64,000 nt of DNA from Pirellulales bacterium (lineage in GTDB: Bacteria > Planctomycetota > Planctomycetia > Pirellulales > PALSA-1355): contig CAVTBU010000005.1 in NCBI GenBank assembly GCA_963733035.1, positions 96,001 through 160,000 on the forward strand, given 5' to 3'. The notes under the pieces were generated by a model. The model was not told the DNA's origin, did not search any database, and saw only the letters and a program-made list of their open reading frames with translations. Within the stretch, counting starts at the first letter, position 1. Every line of letters begins with the position of its first letter. Positions 30,400-40,140 of the stretch are shown here, piece after piece. The translations under genes and the position numbers were made by a program.

Positions 30400-30619
30400 C
30401 GATAACCGAATTGTACCGGGGGTTGGAACTTGGTGCTGGAAACGCGATCGCACCTAGTTTATAGAGCCGAACAACAATCGTCCAATTTCGGCCGAAACGT
30501 GGCGTCGGGCGTCTTTTCGAACACAATCATGCGAACGCTCCGGGGGCCGTTTTCAGGACCGGATCGCCTCCACCGGTCATCTTCTTGCCATTCACAGTTG
30601 TTGGAGAAAGCTCCCCCCG

Positions 30620-30925
30620 CTAAGGCTTCCCTCCCACGGACTGGACCGAGGCGAGCGAAAAACGCAATAGGACGACGCGAATGATAAAGAAACCCACAAG
30701 AGACGCGGCCAACGACAGCCAATCGAAGAAGAGATGCACCAGATAGAAGCCAAGTAACACGATCAACGCTCGAAGTACCATGCTACCGGTATAAATGGCG
30801 ATCGGATGGCTTGCCTGGGATATTCGACGCACGGTCCACCAAAGGCCGCCGAAGAATAATCCCCCCAAGAACAGCCCAAAGAGCAGACCCACGCCCAGCC
30901 TTATCGCTCCGACCGCGTCAAGCAT
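30620..30925 (-). CDS. N-ATPase AtpR-like small membrane protein (orphan)
   Basis: GLFLGGLFFGGLWWTVRR...MVLR...SLVGFFIIR with three hydrophobic helices. Confidence 0.7.
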   Translation of the reverse strand: MLDAVGAIRLGVGLLFGLFLGGLFFGGLWWTVRRISQASHPIAIYTGSMVLRALIVLLGFYLVHLFFDWLSLAASLVGFFIIRVVLLRFSLASVQSVGGKP

Positions 30926-30936
30926 GAAAACTCTTC

Positions 30937-31006
30937 TCAATTAGCGGATAAATTCTCATCATGCTCCTGGGTCTCGCGCTGTACTCACCACCGGGCGTTC
31001 AAGCCG
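30937..31006 (-). pseudogene. Remnant of the AtpZ/AtpQ-like gene 3' end
   Basis: Reads GLNARW*VQRETQEHDE, like the GCLNAW.WV.RE end of N-ATPase gene-1 proteins. Lies directly upstream of the atpR-like gene. Confidence 0.4.
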
Positions 31007-31097
31007 CGAGCTCGGCGTCCGGGCCGCGCGTCGAACCTAGGGCAATGCAACGAACCGCCTGAGGGCCCGATCGAGCAGGCAACATCGACAACAAGTG

Positions 31098-31664
31098 TCA
31101 CTTCGGCCAGTTGGCCAGGGGATCAAAATTAATCGTTGGCTCTGCGGGACGGTTGGGCACTTGCGGCCGTAGAAACGGCTTGTCGGCCGCCTTGTGGCAA
31201 GCATAACACGTTTCGATCGAGAACTTGTAGGCCGCGACGAATTCGTCGTGGTTCTGGCGGGTAATGGAATCGTGCAGTTGCTTGAAAGGCGTGCTCTCCA
31301 TCGCGTCAAGAATCTCCACGAGCTTGATTTCGCGGCCAGCATCATCTTTGCGTATCGGAATGATCCGAACCGCCCACCGGAGGTGCGATCGTGTTTCGTT
31401 CCAGTAGAACTGCGCCAACGACCAATTCCTTGCCTCGGCGGCAAACCACATGTTATTGAAGTGATAGGCGACGCTGACCATGGCGTGCGCCTGGTCGGCC
31501 GCCTTGTCATTCAGCCGCTGCACGTCCGCGTGGCTTGGCGGTGCCTCGTCCACCAGTTGATCCGCACGAGTCGATCGTATTGGATCACTTCTCACACCCC
31601 ACAGAGTCGCAATCACCGCGGCGATCGTAAACGCTAATGCCAAGGCTCTCGACCGGTTCATCAT
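31098..31664 (-). CDS. Exported monoheme cytochrome c-like protein
   Basis: N-terminal hydrophobic segment and C-terminal CYACH. Confidence 0.75.
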   Translation of the reverse strand: MMNRSRALALAFTIAAVIATLWGVRSDPIRSTRADQLVDEAPPSHADVQRLNDKAADQAHAMVSVAYHFNNMWFAAEARNWSLAQFYWNETRSHLRWAVRIIPIRKDDAGREIKLVEILDAMESTPFKQLHDSITRQNHDEFVAAYKFSIETCYACHKAADKPFLRPQVPNRPAEPTINFDPLANWPK

Positions 31665-31937
31665 CTGTGCCTCCGTTTTGGGGTACCACAATTCTCTGGT
31701 CACTGCTGCAAACCGCGCAGCCTGGACGTCTGCAAGCTACTGCAACGCTGCAACACCGTGGTCGACCAATGCTGGGCCGTACGACCGCCGGCTGCTTTGT
31801 GGTCGCACCCGGATGACAACACTTCGCGATGACGACGCCGACAAACGGCTTGTCCACTTCGTTTGTGCTGTAGGGGGGACACGAAGGCCACGACGTCGTA
31901 ATTGCGGGGGACTTCACCAAGTCTCGAACCGAGGTGA

Positions 31938-33440
31938 CTATTCGCCCTCCGTCGCGACGCAGAACAGCTTGTCACGAGTTCGAATGAATAGGGCACCGTC
32001 GGCAATGGCGGGCGTCGCCACAACGCTTGCGCCCATATCGTTGATCGCGAGTACTTCGTAGTCCGCATCGTCCTTCAGCACGGTAATCATGCCATTTTCG
32101 CCAGCCACATAGATCTTTCCATTCCCGGAAACCGGCGAGGCGAAATAATCGCTGGCGCTGGCGATGCGTTTTGGACCTCGTAGTGGCTCGCCGGTGTGGA
32201 TGTCGAACACCGTCGTAATGCCACCCCCTTTCAGTAGCAGCATACGACCGTCGGAAATAAAGGGCGAGACAATATGGTCGGTGTACTTGGTCCGGTGTTT
32301 CCAGAGCACGTGTGAGTCGGTCACGTCTCCGCTACCTCCGCCGCGGACAGCCAGAATGAATTCGTCGGCGGCCGCATCGCCGCTCGACGTAAACGTAGCC
32401 CCCGCAAAGTTATCAGGATGCAAGAAGGCCGCGTCCAATTCAGCTCCTTCCAAGAAGCCGTCGTGGTTTGCATCGCCGCGGCCGAAAGTCTTCTCGAAAA
32501 ACGCTGCGGGAATTGGCATCTTGCCGACAAATGCCTGAACCTCTGCCTTGTCGATCTTGCCATCGCTGTTTCCGGTCTCTGCCTGGTCGACCGAGACCAA
32601 CCACTGATTTGCAATACCGCCACTTTGCACTGAAATATAGATGATGCCTTCCGAACAGACCGGCGTCGTCTTGATGTTTCGCAGCAGCGTCTTGGCATAC
32701 CAACGGCGTTGGCCGTTCCGCGGATCATAACCGATCAACAGGCCCGTTCCCGCAACCACGATCTCATCGCGTCCGTCGACGGTATTGATGACGGGATGCG
32801 AGTAGTTCACCGCCATGTCGATCCGCTCGTCCTTCCATCGCAACGCGCCACTCCGCCGATCAAACGCGTACATTGCCGGATTAAGATCATCGTCTTGGCA
32901 AAACAACAGCATGTCGCGATAGATGACTGGAGACATTCCAGCGCCCCACTTGAAAACGAAGAACGGCACAGGAAGCGGTTGCTGCCAAACATCGGAACCC
33001 GAGCGCGCGTCGACCGCGAGCATGCCGAGCGAGCTGAAATAGAAATAGACACGCTCGCCATCCGCGGCGGGGGTTGAACTCGCGTGGCTGTTGGTCTGAT
33101 GTACCTCTGGCAGTTCGCCGCTCGGCCAGTCTCGGCGCCAGAGTTTCTTACCCGTCTCGGCGTCAAACGCGAAGAGGCTGATGGTTTGCTCGCCGGTCAT
33201 GCCACTAACAAACACCCGGCCGTCGACCACAATTGCTCCGCCCACGCCATCGCCCACGGGGACAGACCAGCGCACATTTTCGGTACCCGAAAACTCCACG
33301 GGCAGCGCCTCGGAGGTGGCTGAAATACCGGTGCAATTGGGGCCGCGAAATTGCGGCCAGTCGTCGGCTCGCGATGAGAGAACGCCACACGACAAACCCA
33401 TCAGCATCAAGGCCAAAACGACGCGACTTTGGTGGACCAT
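31938..33440 (-). CDS. PQQ-like/BamB-type beta-propeller with EF-hand-like insert
   Basis: DWPQFRGP, ASSTPA, ASPVSG and ATPAIADG repeats, plus DANHDGFLE. Confidence 0.88.
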   Translation of the reverse strand: MVHQSRVVLALMLMGLSCGVLSSRADDWPQFRGPNCTGISATSEALPVEFSGTENVRWSVPVGDGVGGAIVVDGRVFVSGMTGEQTISLFAFDAETGKKLWRRDWPSGELPEVHQTNSHASSTPAADGERVYFYFSSLGMLAVDARSGSDVWQQPLPVPFFVFKWGAGMSPVIYRDMLLFCQDDDLNPAMYAFDRRSGALRWKDERIDMAVNYSHPVINTVDGRDEIVVAGTGLLIGYDPRNGQRRWYAKTLLRNIKTTPVCSEGIIYISVQSGGIANQWLVSVDQAETGNSDGKIDKAEVQAFVGKMPIPAAFFEKTFGRGDANHDGFLEGAELDAAFLHPDNFAGATFTSSGDAAADEFILAVRGGGSGDVTDSHVLWKHRTKYTDHIVSPFISDGRMLLLKGGGITTVFDIHTGEPLRGPKRIASASDYFASPVSGNGKIYVAGENGMITVLKDDADYEVLAINDMGASVVATPAIADGALFIRTRDKLFCVATEGE

Positions 33441-33574
33441 CCGGACATCCCAATTGCGCTGGTGGTCAATTTTGGTAAGCGTCATGCCGCGTCTCCCGTA
33501 AACTGGGGCCAAGGTGTTTGCGATCAGTCAGATCCTCCCTGCCGTTCTAAGTGTCGTTCATCCCGTAGCCGACT

Positions 33575-34276
33575 TCAACCAGGCACAGATTCTTCCAGCG
33601 CGGCACGAAATTGCAGGCGGATCATGGAACGCGCACGTTCGATGTCGCGGTCGCGAATCGCGTGAAACAGTTCGCGATGTTCCCAAATGATCCGTTCGGA
33701 CGAAGCGGACGATTTCTCACCGTAGGGAACAATTTGGAAAAACTGGACCAGGACCTGCTGCATCCCTGCGATCATTCGCGAACCGGTCATCCGCAGGATT
33801 TCCGCATGAAACTCCAGATCCAGCGCCACGGCATGGGCCGATTGATAGTCTTCACGCAGCGCATGCTCCATCTGGCTGGCGATCTCTTCCAAACGCTCGA
33901 TTTGTTTGTCGGTCGCGTTACGGGTGGCAAGTTCGATCGCACCAACTTCCAGCGCGTAGCGAAGTTGGGCCAGCTCGCGCCAATCGTCGGGCGCGGCGGC
34001 AAGCGACGGTAAACTACTCGACAATAGACGTAGCGGATCAGGATGCCGCACAAGCAAACCCTTGCGTTTACGGCCCTCGAGGATGCCCAAGGCCTGCAAA
34101 CGGCTCACGGCCTCGCGTGCGACCGTGCGCGAAACGCCGTATTCCGCTGCAAGTTGAGTCTCGGTCATGAAGAAGCTACCGTCGGCCAATTGCTCTCGTT
34201 GGACGCGTCGGCGAATCGTCTCGGCAAGTTCCTCCGCCTGAGGCGCGAGACGCGAGACCTGAACAGTTGCGTTCAT
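33575..34276 (-). CDS. GntR/FadR family regulator
   Basis: TETQLAAEYGVSRTVAREAV HTH, and FCD domain (DLEFH, EHREL). Confidence 0.93.
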   Translation of the reverse strand: MNATVQVSRLAPQAEELAETIRRRVQREQLADGSFFMTETQLAAEYGVSRTVAREAVSRLQALGILEGRKRKGLLVRHPDPLRLLSSSLPSLAAAPDDWRELAQLRYALEVGAIELATRNATDKQIERLEEIASQMEHALREDYQSAHAVALDLEFHAEILRMTGSRMIAGMQQVLVQFFQIVPYGEKSSASSERIIWEHRELFHAIRDRDIERARSMIRLQFRAALEESVPG

Positions 34277-34397
34277 TTAATCATTACCTCCGATCAGCAA
34301 TCGTACCGATTTGACGATGATTTTGCCAATAAGTAGGATTTGTTTCCACCTGAGCACCTGGCATAACGCCAGGCGATGCGTATTCCAGGAGACAATC

Positions 34398-35954
34398 ATG
34401 AAACGTCTGTTGTGCGTCGCCTTGCTCACAAGCGCCTGTGGGACAGTATCCGCCGACGAGTTGGTCGATGTTGCGAAAATTGACTCCCGGCGCGAGCTAC
34501 TAGTCGACGATTGGCTTGTTAAAGACTTAACCGGCGGTGCGGAGTTGCGATTACATCACCCGACACCTCGAAACGTTGCTCTGGTTACCGGCGAGCCTTG
34601 GGAAGGGAATGCGACCAATTATGTGACCGTGTTCCAAGACGGCGACAAGTACAGGATGTACTACCGAGGCAGCCACGCTTCGTATCTCGACGGGAAGGAT
34701 CGCCCGAACACGCGCGATGTCTATTGCTATGCCGAAAGTCCGGACGGAATCCGTTGGACAAAACCCGACCTGGGGCTATTTGAGTGGGACGGGTCGAAGC
34801 GCAACAACATCGTGTGGGATGGCGTCGGTTCTCACGCATTCGTACCTTTTCGCGATACAAATCCCGAGTGTTCGGCAGATGCAAAGTACAAGGCGCTCGG
34901 CGTCGGCGGCAAACACGGCCTATACGTATTTAAATCGCCCGACGCGATCCACTGGGCGTTGATGCAGCCGGAGCCTGTCATTACCAAGGGCGCTTTCGAC
35001 TCCCAGAACCTTGCGTTCTGGGACGCGCAGCGCGGCGAGTATCGCGAATTCCACCGAGACTTTCGCGAAGGTCGCGATATCCGTACGGCCACGTCCAAAG
35101 ATTTCTTGCATTGGACAGAGCCTGAGTTTCTGAGCTATTCGGCAAACGTTCATCCGGGCCATCGCGACCGTCTGCCGGATGACGTCAAGGATCCCGTCGG
35201 AGCCAAGTATCCGCCCGGCCGGGTAAGTGAGCTTTATACCAATCAAATTGCTCCTTACTTTCGCGCACCGCACATCTTGCTGGGCTTTCCAACGCGGTAC
35301 ATCGACCGAGGCTGGACCGAGTCGGCCAAAGCCCTGCCGCGTTACGAATATCGCCAGATTCGCGCCAAGCGCTCCACGCGTGAAGGAACCGCCTTGACCG
35401 ATGGCATGCTGATCACCAGTCGCGACCGGATACATTTCTCGGTCTGGCCCGAGTCGTTCCTGCGGCCGGGCTTGCGAACGCGAGATAGTTGGTTTTACGG
35501 CGACACTTACCAAAACTGGGGGTTGCTGGAAACCAAATCCGACATCGAAGACGCGCCGCGCGAGCTCTCCCTCTTCGTTACCGAACGAACGCTGCAGGAA
35601 ACTGGCGGTGTGCTGCGGCGCTACACGTTGCGCATAGACGGCTTCGTGTCGCTACATGCGCCGCTGCTCGGAGGCACGATGACAACGCGGCCTCTATCGT
35701 TTTCCGGCAAGGAGCTCTCGCTGAATGTCGCAACTTCCGCCGCGGGCGCCGTCCGCGTCGAAATTCAAGATGCCCAAGGCCAACCGTTTCCCGACCTCGC
35801 GCTGGCCGACTGCGATGAAGTCTATGGCGATGACCTGGATCGTACCGTGACATGGAAAGGGAATTCGGACGTGGCTGGCCTGAGCGGTCGGGCCGTGCGG
35901 CTGGTATTTGAGGTCAAAGATGCCGACTTGTACGCATTTCAATTTCACGATTGA
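34398..35954 (+). CDS. Secreted five-bladed-propeller glycosidase-like protein
   Basis: Signal peptide, RELLVDD, EPWEG, YAESPDGIRWTKP, FDSQN and LRIDGF. Confidence 0.8.
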   Translation: MKRLLCVALLTSACGTVSADELVDVAKIDSRRELLVDDWLVKDLTGGAELRLHHPTPRNVALVTGEPWEGNATNYVTVFQDGDKYRMYYRGSHASYLDGKDRPNTRDVYCYAESPDGIRWTKPDLGLFEWDGSKRNNIVWDGVGSHAFVPFRDTNPECSADAKYKALGVGGKHGLYVFKSPDAIHWALMQPEPVITKGAFDSQNLAFWDAQRGEYREFHRDFREGRDIRTATSKDFLHWTEPEFLSYSANVHPGHRDRLPDDVKDPVGAKYPPGRVSELYTNQIAPYFRAPHILLGFPTRYIDRGWTESAKALPRYEYRQIRAKRSTREGTALTDGMLITSRDRIHFSVWPESFLRPGLRTRDSWFYGDTYQNWGLLETKSDIEDAPRELSLFVTERTLQETGGVLRRYTLRIDGFVSLHAPLLGGTMTTRPLSFSGKELSLNVATSAAGAVRVEIQDAQGQPFPDLALADCDEVYGDDLDRTVTWKGNSDVAGLSGRAVRLVFEVKDADLYAFQFHD

Positions 35955-35978
35955 CGATTGACTACCTGAGGTGACTGG

Positions 35979-37757
35979 ATGCGACGTTTACTGTTGCTGG
36001 CCCTGCTGATACTGAATGCGGGTTCGGTTCTTGGCCAGGAGCAAGCCAGGCTAATTGAAGTTCGCAAGATCTGGGATGCCGCGCCCCACAACGCTTTCAC
36101 CGACCTGATTCGCTTTCGGGATCATTGGTATTGCGTTTTTAGAGAAGGTGCGGGGCACGTCTCGCCGGACGGCGCCTTGCGCGTCATCACGTCGGCCGAC
36201 GGCAAGAAATGGGAATCGGCAGCGCTCGTCACTTCTCCGAGTTCGGATCTGCGCGACGCCAAAATCTCAATCACTCCCGACGGTCAACTCATGCTGAGTG
36301 GTGCCGGAGCACTGCACGACAAGTCCGAACATACGCACCAGTCATTGGCGTGGTTTTCGAAAGACGGCCACACCTGGAGCGAGGCCCACGCCATCGGAGA
36401 TCCCGATTTCTGGCTCTGGCGCGTGACCTGGCACAAAGGCAAGGCCTACGGCATTGGCTATAGCTGCGGCGAGGACCGTTCGGTACGACTCTACTCCAGT
36501 AGCGATGGCAAGTCGTTCGATACGCTCGTGAAACGTCTACATGACGTGGGCTATCCCAACGAAACATCGCTCGTGTTTGCAGGGGACACCTGCTACTGCC
36601 TGCTGCGGCGCAACGCGCAGCCTAACACCGGCCTGCTGGGAATTTCAGAGCCCCCTTACACCAAGTGGGAGTGGAAAGATTTGGGCGTACGCATTGGCGG
36701 ACCTCATATGATTCGCTTGCCCGACGGAAGGTTCGTCGCGGCCGTGCGGCTTTACGATGGCAAAACGCGAACCTCGCTCGCCTGGGTCGATCCCAATTCC
36801 GGCAAGCTTACCGAGTTCCTCAAGCTGCCATCGGGTGGCGACACAAGTTACGCCGGACTGGTTCTCCACGAGGGCCTGCTGTGGGTCAGCTATTACTCAT
36901 CGCACGAGGGCAAGACCAGCATCTATCTGGCAAAGGTGCAATTGCCTCCGGCCGAATCGCTCTCGCTTGCTCCCGATGTGCGACAGCGCTGCATGAACAC
37001 GTTGCGGAATGCGCTCGACTCGGAGGAGTTCTGGCCGGCTATGCACGCCGCCGAGGCACTGACGCTGGCCGGTGCGGGCGACAACGTCGTGGCGGCACTG
37101 GCCGACCGACTGCCGGTGGAACGAGACGACCAGCACCGCTGTGGCCTGGCTCGCGAACTCGTCCGCGCTGGCGACCGCAGTAAGCTGCCAGTTCTGTTCG
37201 ATATTCTGGGCGATGCCAATTCCTCGGGCCGAGTCCACGCGGCGGAAAGTCTCTACAAGATCGCCGAATCAGGCGACGGCACGCAGTTGCGCGCCGCATT
37301 CTCACAAACGCAAGACCCAAAACTCCGACTCATGGCTGCCGCTGCCCTGGCACGAGCGGGCGATGTGGGCGCACTTGAATTCCTGCGTAAGCAACTGCGG
37401 TCCGAGGATCGATCGTCGCGCAATTTGGCTGCATTTGCATTGGCGCGTTTAGGTGACGACTCCGACGTCGGGCCGCTAAACGTCGCCCTCCAGCGCGAAG
37501 CGGACGATATGGGGCGGGCCTTTCTTATCAGTGCACTGACAAGCCTGGGGAATGCAAAGGGGCGTGAGGAATTGGGGCGCAATCTTGACTCGGCGGATCC
37601 CGCCGCGCGAGCATTGTTGGTGGAGTCCGTCGGGTACGGTCGATGCCCGGAATGTCGAGCTGCGCTCGTACGGCTCCTCGATGACCCTGTGCTCGATGTT
37701 CGGGTACGCGCCGCGCAGTCGCTTCTTGCTCTGTCGCTTTCCGCCACGCAACAGTGA
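35979..37757 (+). CDS. BNR/sialidase-like propeller fused to HEAT repeats
   Basis: APHNAFTDL, SADGKKW/SKDGHTW Asp boxes and GGDTSY. C-terminal helical repeats (VRVRAAQSL). Confidence 0.82.
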   Translation: MRRLLLLALLILNAGSVLGQEQARLIEVRKIWDAAPHNAFTDLIRFRDHWYCVFREGAGHVSPDGALRVITSADGKKWESAALVTSPSSDLRDAKISITPDGQLMLSGAGALHDKSEHTHQSLAWFSKDGHTWSEAHAIGDPDFWLWRVTWHKGKAYGIGYSCGEDRSVRLYSSSDGKSFDTLVKRLHDVGYPNETSLVFAGDTCYCLLRRNAQPNTGLLGISEPPYTKWEWKDLGVRIGGPHMIRLPDGRFVAAVRLYDGKTRTSLAWVDPNSGKLTEFLKLPSGGDTSYAGLVLHEGLLWVSYYSSHEGKTSIYLAKVQLPPAESLSLAPDVRQRCMNTLRNALDSEEFWPAMHAAEALTLAGAGDNVVAALADRLPVERDDQHRCGLARELVRAGDRSKLPVLFDILGDANSSGRVHAAESLYKIAESGDGTQLRAAFSQTQDPKLRLMAAAALARAGDVGALEFLRKQLRSEDRSSRNLAAFALARLGDDSDVGPLNVALQREADDMGRAFLISALTSLGNAKGREELGRNLDSADPAARALLVESVGYGRCPECRAALVRLLDDPVLDVRVRAAQSLLALSLSATQQ

Positions 37758-37863
37758 ATCTAGCGAGCAGTGTTTCAAATCGTATCTAGCCAAACAGCAA
37801 TCTCCATGCGAACGTTCGCGAGCTCGTCGCCGATCGAAAACGAAGCCAGGACAACAAACGGCA

Positions 37864-39015
37864 ATGTTCGCGCTTGAAGAACAGGGAACGATCTTCAACG
37901 CTGCCGACCAACCCCGGGAGCACCGGATCGCGTATTTTACGTCGCTGTGTGTTCTCCGCTGCGGGACCATCCTGGCGGGCTTTCAAAACGGCCCAGAAAA
38001 GCACGCCCCGACCGGCACCATTCGATTGTGCCGTTCCGTGGACGGGGGCCGGACTTGGGACTTGCTGCCCTTTGAATTCGAGACACGGCTCGATGGCGTT
38101 CCAGGCTCACTGGCAACCGTCGAACTTGTCGAGAGCGAGCCTGGGAGGTTGCTTTTGTTTGCCACCTGGTTTGACCGCAGCGATCCCGATCGCCCCCTTT
38201 TTGACCCGATCACCGAGGGGATCCTGAAATCGAAGCAACTACTTTCCGCTTCCACAGACAACGGCTCGACATGGTGTGGCTGGCGCGAGCTATCAACCGG
38301 CCGCCTCAAGGGATGCTCGATAACCGGCCCGGTTCTGCGCTGGGATGACGGCACACTCGCGCTGGCTTTCGAGAGCTTCAAGGAATTTGACGATCCACGG
38401 CCTGGAAGTCATGCGGTATGGCTGCTTGTCTCGCGCGATGGCGGCGAGTCGTTCGGTTCGCCGGTGCTCGTCGCACAGCATCCAGAGAACAAAATCTACT
38501 ACTGGGATCAGCGACTATGCGCGGGGCAAGAGCCCGGTGAGTTCACGGCGCTATTCTGGACCCACGACCTCGCTCAGAAGCGCGATCTCAACGTTCATCT
38601 GCGACATGGCTTTGTCAGGGAGGGTGCGATCGTGGCCAGTCCCATCCGCGCCACCACGATTCCCGGCCAGATCGCCGCGCCGGTAGAGCTTGACGATGGT
38701 CGTAAATTGGCTTTTGTAGTGAATCGCGGGCGCCCCGGAACGATGACGCTGTGGTATTCGCCTGACCGGGGCGAAACCTGGCCAGCGGCCGATCGGCAAA
38801 TAGTCTACACCCACGAGGAACGTGCGGCCATCACGCAAGGCTCGGAGGACATCGACTTCAAACAATACTGGGAAGACATGGGCAAATGGAGCTTCGGGCA
38901 TCCAGCCATCCGCCTGCTCGGTGATCGTCGCTTGCTGCTGGCCTGGTACGCCGGATCGCCCGATTGCATGAGCCTGCGTTGGGCTCGCATGCTTCTCCAA
39001 ACGAGGGCCGAGTAA
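37864..39015 (+). CDS. Cytoplasmic BNR/sialidase-family protein
   Basis: Asp boxes SVDGGRTW, STDNGSTW, SRDGGESF and SPDRGETW. No signal peptide. Confidence 0.82.
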   Translation: MFALEEQGTIFNAADQPREHRIAYFTSLCVLRCGTILAGFQNGPEKHAPTGTIRLCRSVDGGRTWDLLPFEFETRLDGVPGSLATVELVESEPGRLLLFATWFDRSDPDRPLFDPITEGILKSKQLLSASTDNGSTWCGWRELSTGRLKGCSITGPVLRWDDGTLALAFESFKEFDDPRPGSHAVWLLVSRDGGESFGSPVLVAQHPENKIYYWDQRLCAGQEPGEFTALFWTHDLAQKRDLNVHLRHGFVREGAIVASPIRATTIPGQIAAPVELDDGRKLAFVVNRGRPGTMTLWYSPDRGETWPAADRQIVYTHEERAAITQGSEDIDFKQYWEDMGKWSFGHPAIRLLGDRRLLLAWYAGSPDCMSLRWARMLLQTRAE

Positions 39016-40019
39016 TGGCTGACTGGCTCGTCACAGACACCGATCGCGACTTGTTCGACCGCGAACTCGATGATTTTGTTCCACCGACCGTTTTTGACGC
39101 GCACGCTCACTGGTACCGCGCCGATCACTTTCCAGTCGACTCGGCCCCGGCCCTCGTGAAGTCGGGACCGGCCGTGGCGGGAAGCGACGCTTTCGACAAC
39201 GCGATCGAGCAGTTGATTCCGAATCGTCGCACGGAGGGCCTTTTCTTTCCCCTGCCCGACGAGCACGTGGAAGTCGACGCGGCTAATGAGTTTCTGTTTC
39301 AGCAATGTCGCCAGCGGACGAAATCGCGCGGACAAATGCTAGTGACTCCTACCCAGGATCCCGAATTCATTCGAGAAACAGTGCGTCGCTGCGGTTTCGT
39401 GGGCCTCAAGTGCTACCACGTTTTTTCGTCACGCCGTCCTACTTTTGAGTCCTTGATCGAAGATTTCCTCCCAGAATCGCACGTCGCCGTTGCGCACGAC
39501 GAAGGCCTGATGATCACGCTGCACATGGTCCGCTCGCGAGCGTTGGCGGACGAGGCCAATCAGCAAACGATTCGCCGCTACTGCAATCGTTATCCGAACA
39601 TGCGGCTGATCCTGGCCCATGCCGCGCGGGGATTTAATCCTCATCACACGATTCTGGGCATTGAATCATTGCGCGGCCTCGGAAACGTCTGGTTCGATAC
39701 CTCGGCCGTCACCGACTCCGGCGCCATTGAGGCGATCATTCTCGCCCTTGGTCACAAACGCGTGCTCTACGGGTCGGACTTTCCCGTGTCGCATGTGCGA
39801 GGCCGTTGCGTTTCGCTCGGCGATAGCTTCTTCTGGATTTCAGACTCGAATACCGACCTCAATGTCCCCTACGCCGACTTGCAACTCGGCCTTGTGGGTC
39901 ACGAGTCGCTCCGCACGCTAAAAATCGCGGCGATGTCGCTACGCCTGACAGATCAGCAGATTGAAGACATTTTCCACCGCAACGCGACGCGACTTCTTGG
40001 TCTGGCAGATATGGCGTGA
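39015..40019 (+). CDS. Amidohydrolase-2 family metal hydrolase
   Basis: DAHAH, GLKCYH, ILAHAA, FDTS and YGSDFP. TAATG coupling with the upstream gene. Confidence 0.88.
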   Translation: MADWLVTDTDRDLFDRELDDFVPPTVFDAHAHWYRADHFPVDSAPALVKSGPAVAGSDAFDNAIEQLIPNRRTEGLFFPLPDEHVEVDAANEFLFQQCRQRTKSRGQMLVTPTQDPEFIRETVRRCGFVGLKCYHVFSSRRPTFESLIEDFLPESHVAVAHDEGLMITLHMVRSRALADEANQQTIRRYCNRYPNMRLILAHAARGFNPHHTILGIESLRGLGNVWFDTSAVTDSGAIEAIILALGHKRVLYGSDFPVSHVRGRCVSLGDSFFWISDSNTDLNVPYADLQLGLVGHESLRTLKIAAMSLRLTDQQIEDIFHRNATRLLGLADMA

Positions 40020-40140
40020 CGTCATCAATCGCTTCCCGCCAGCGATGAATTCATTTGGTTGCGACGCCGGCACCGCGGGGATACGATTGACTGCGCTACC
40101 GCGTGGCAATGCAGCTTGACGTCGAGGAGTTTTCATTCGC

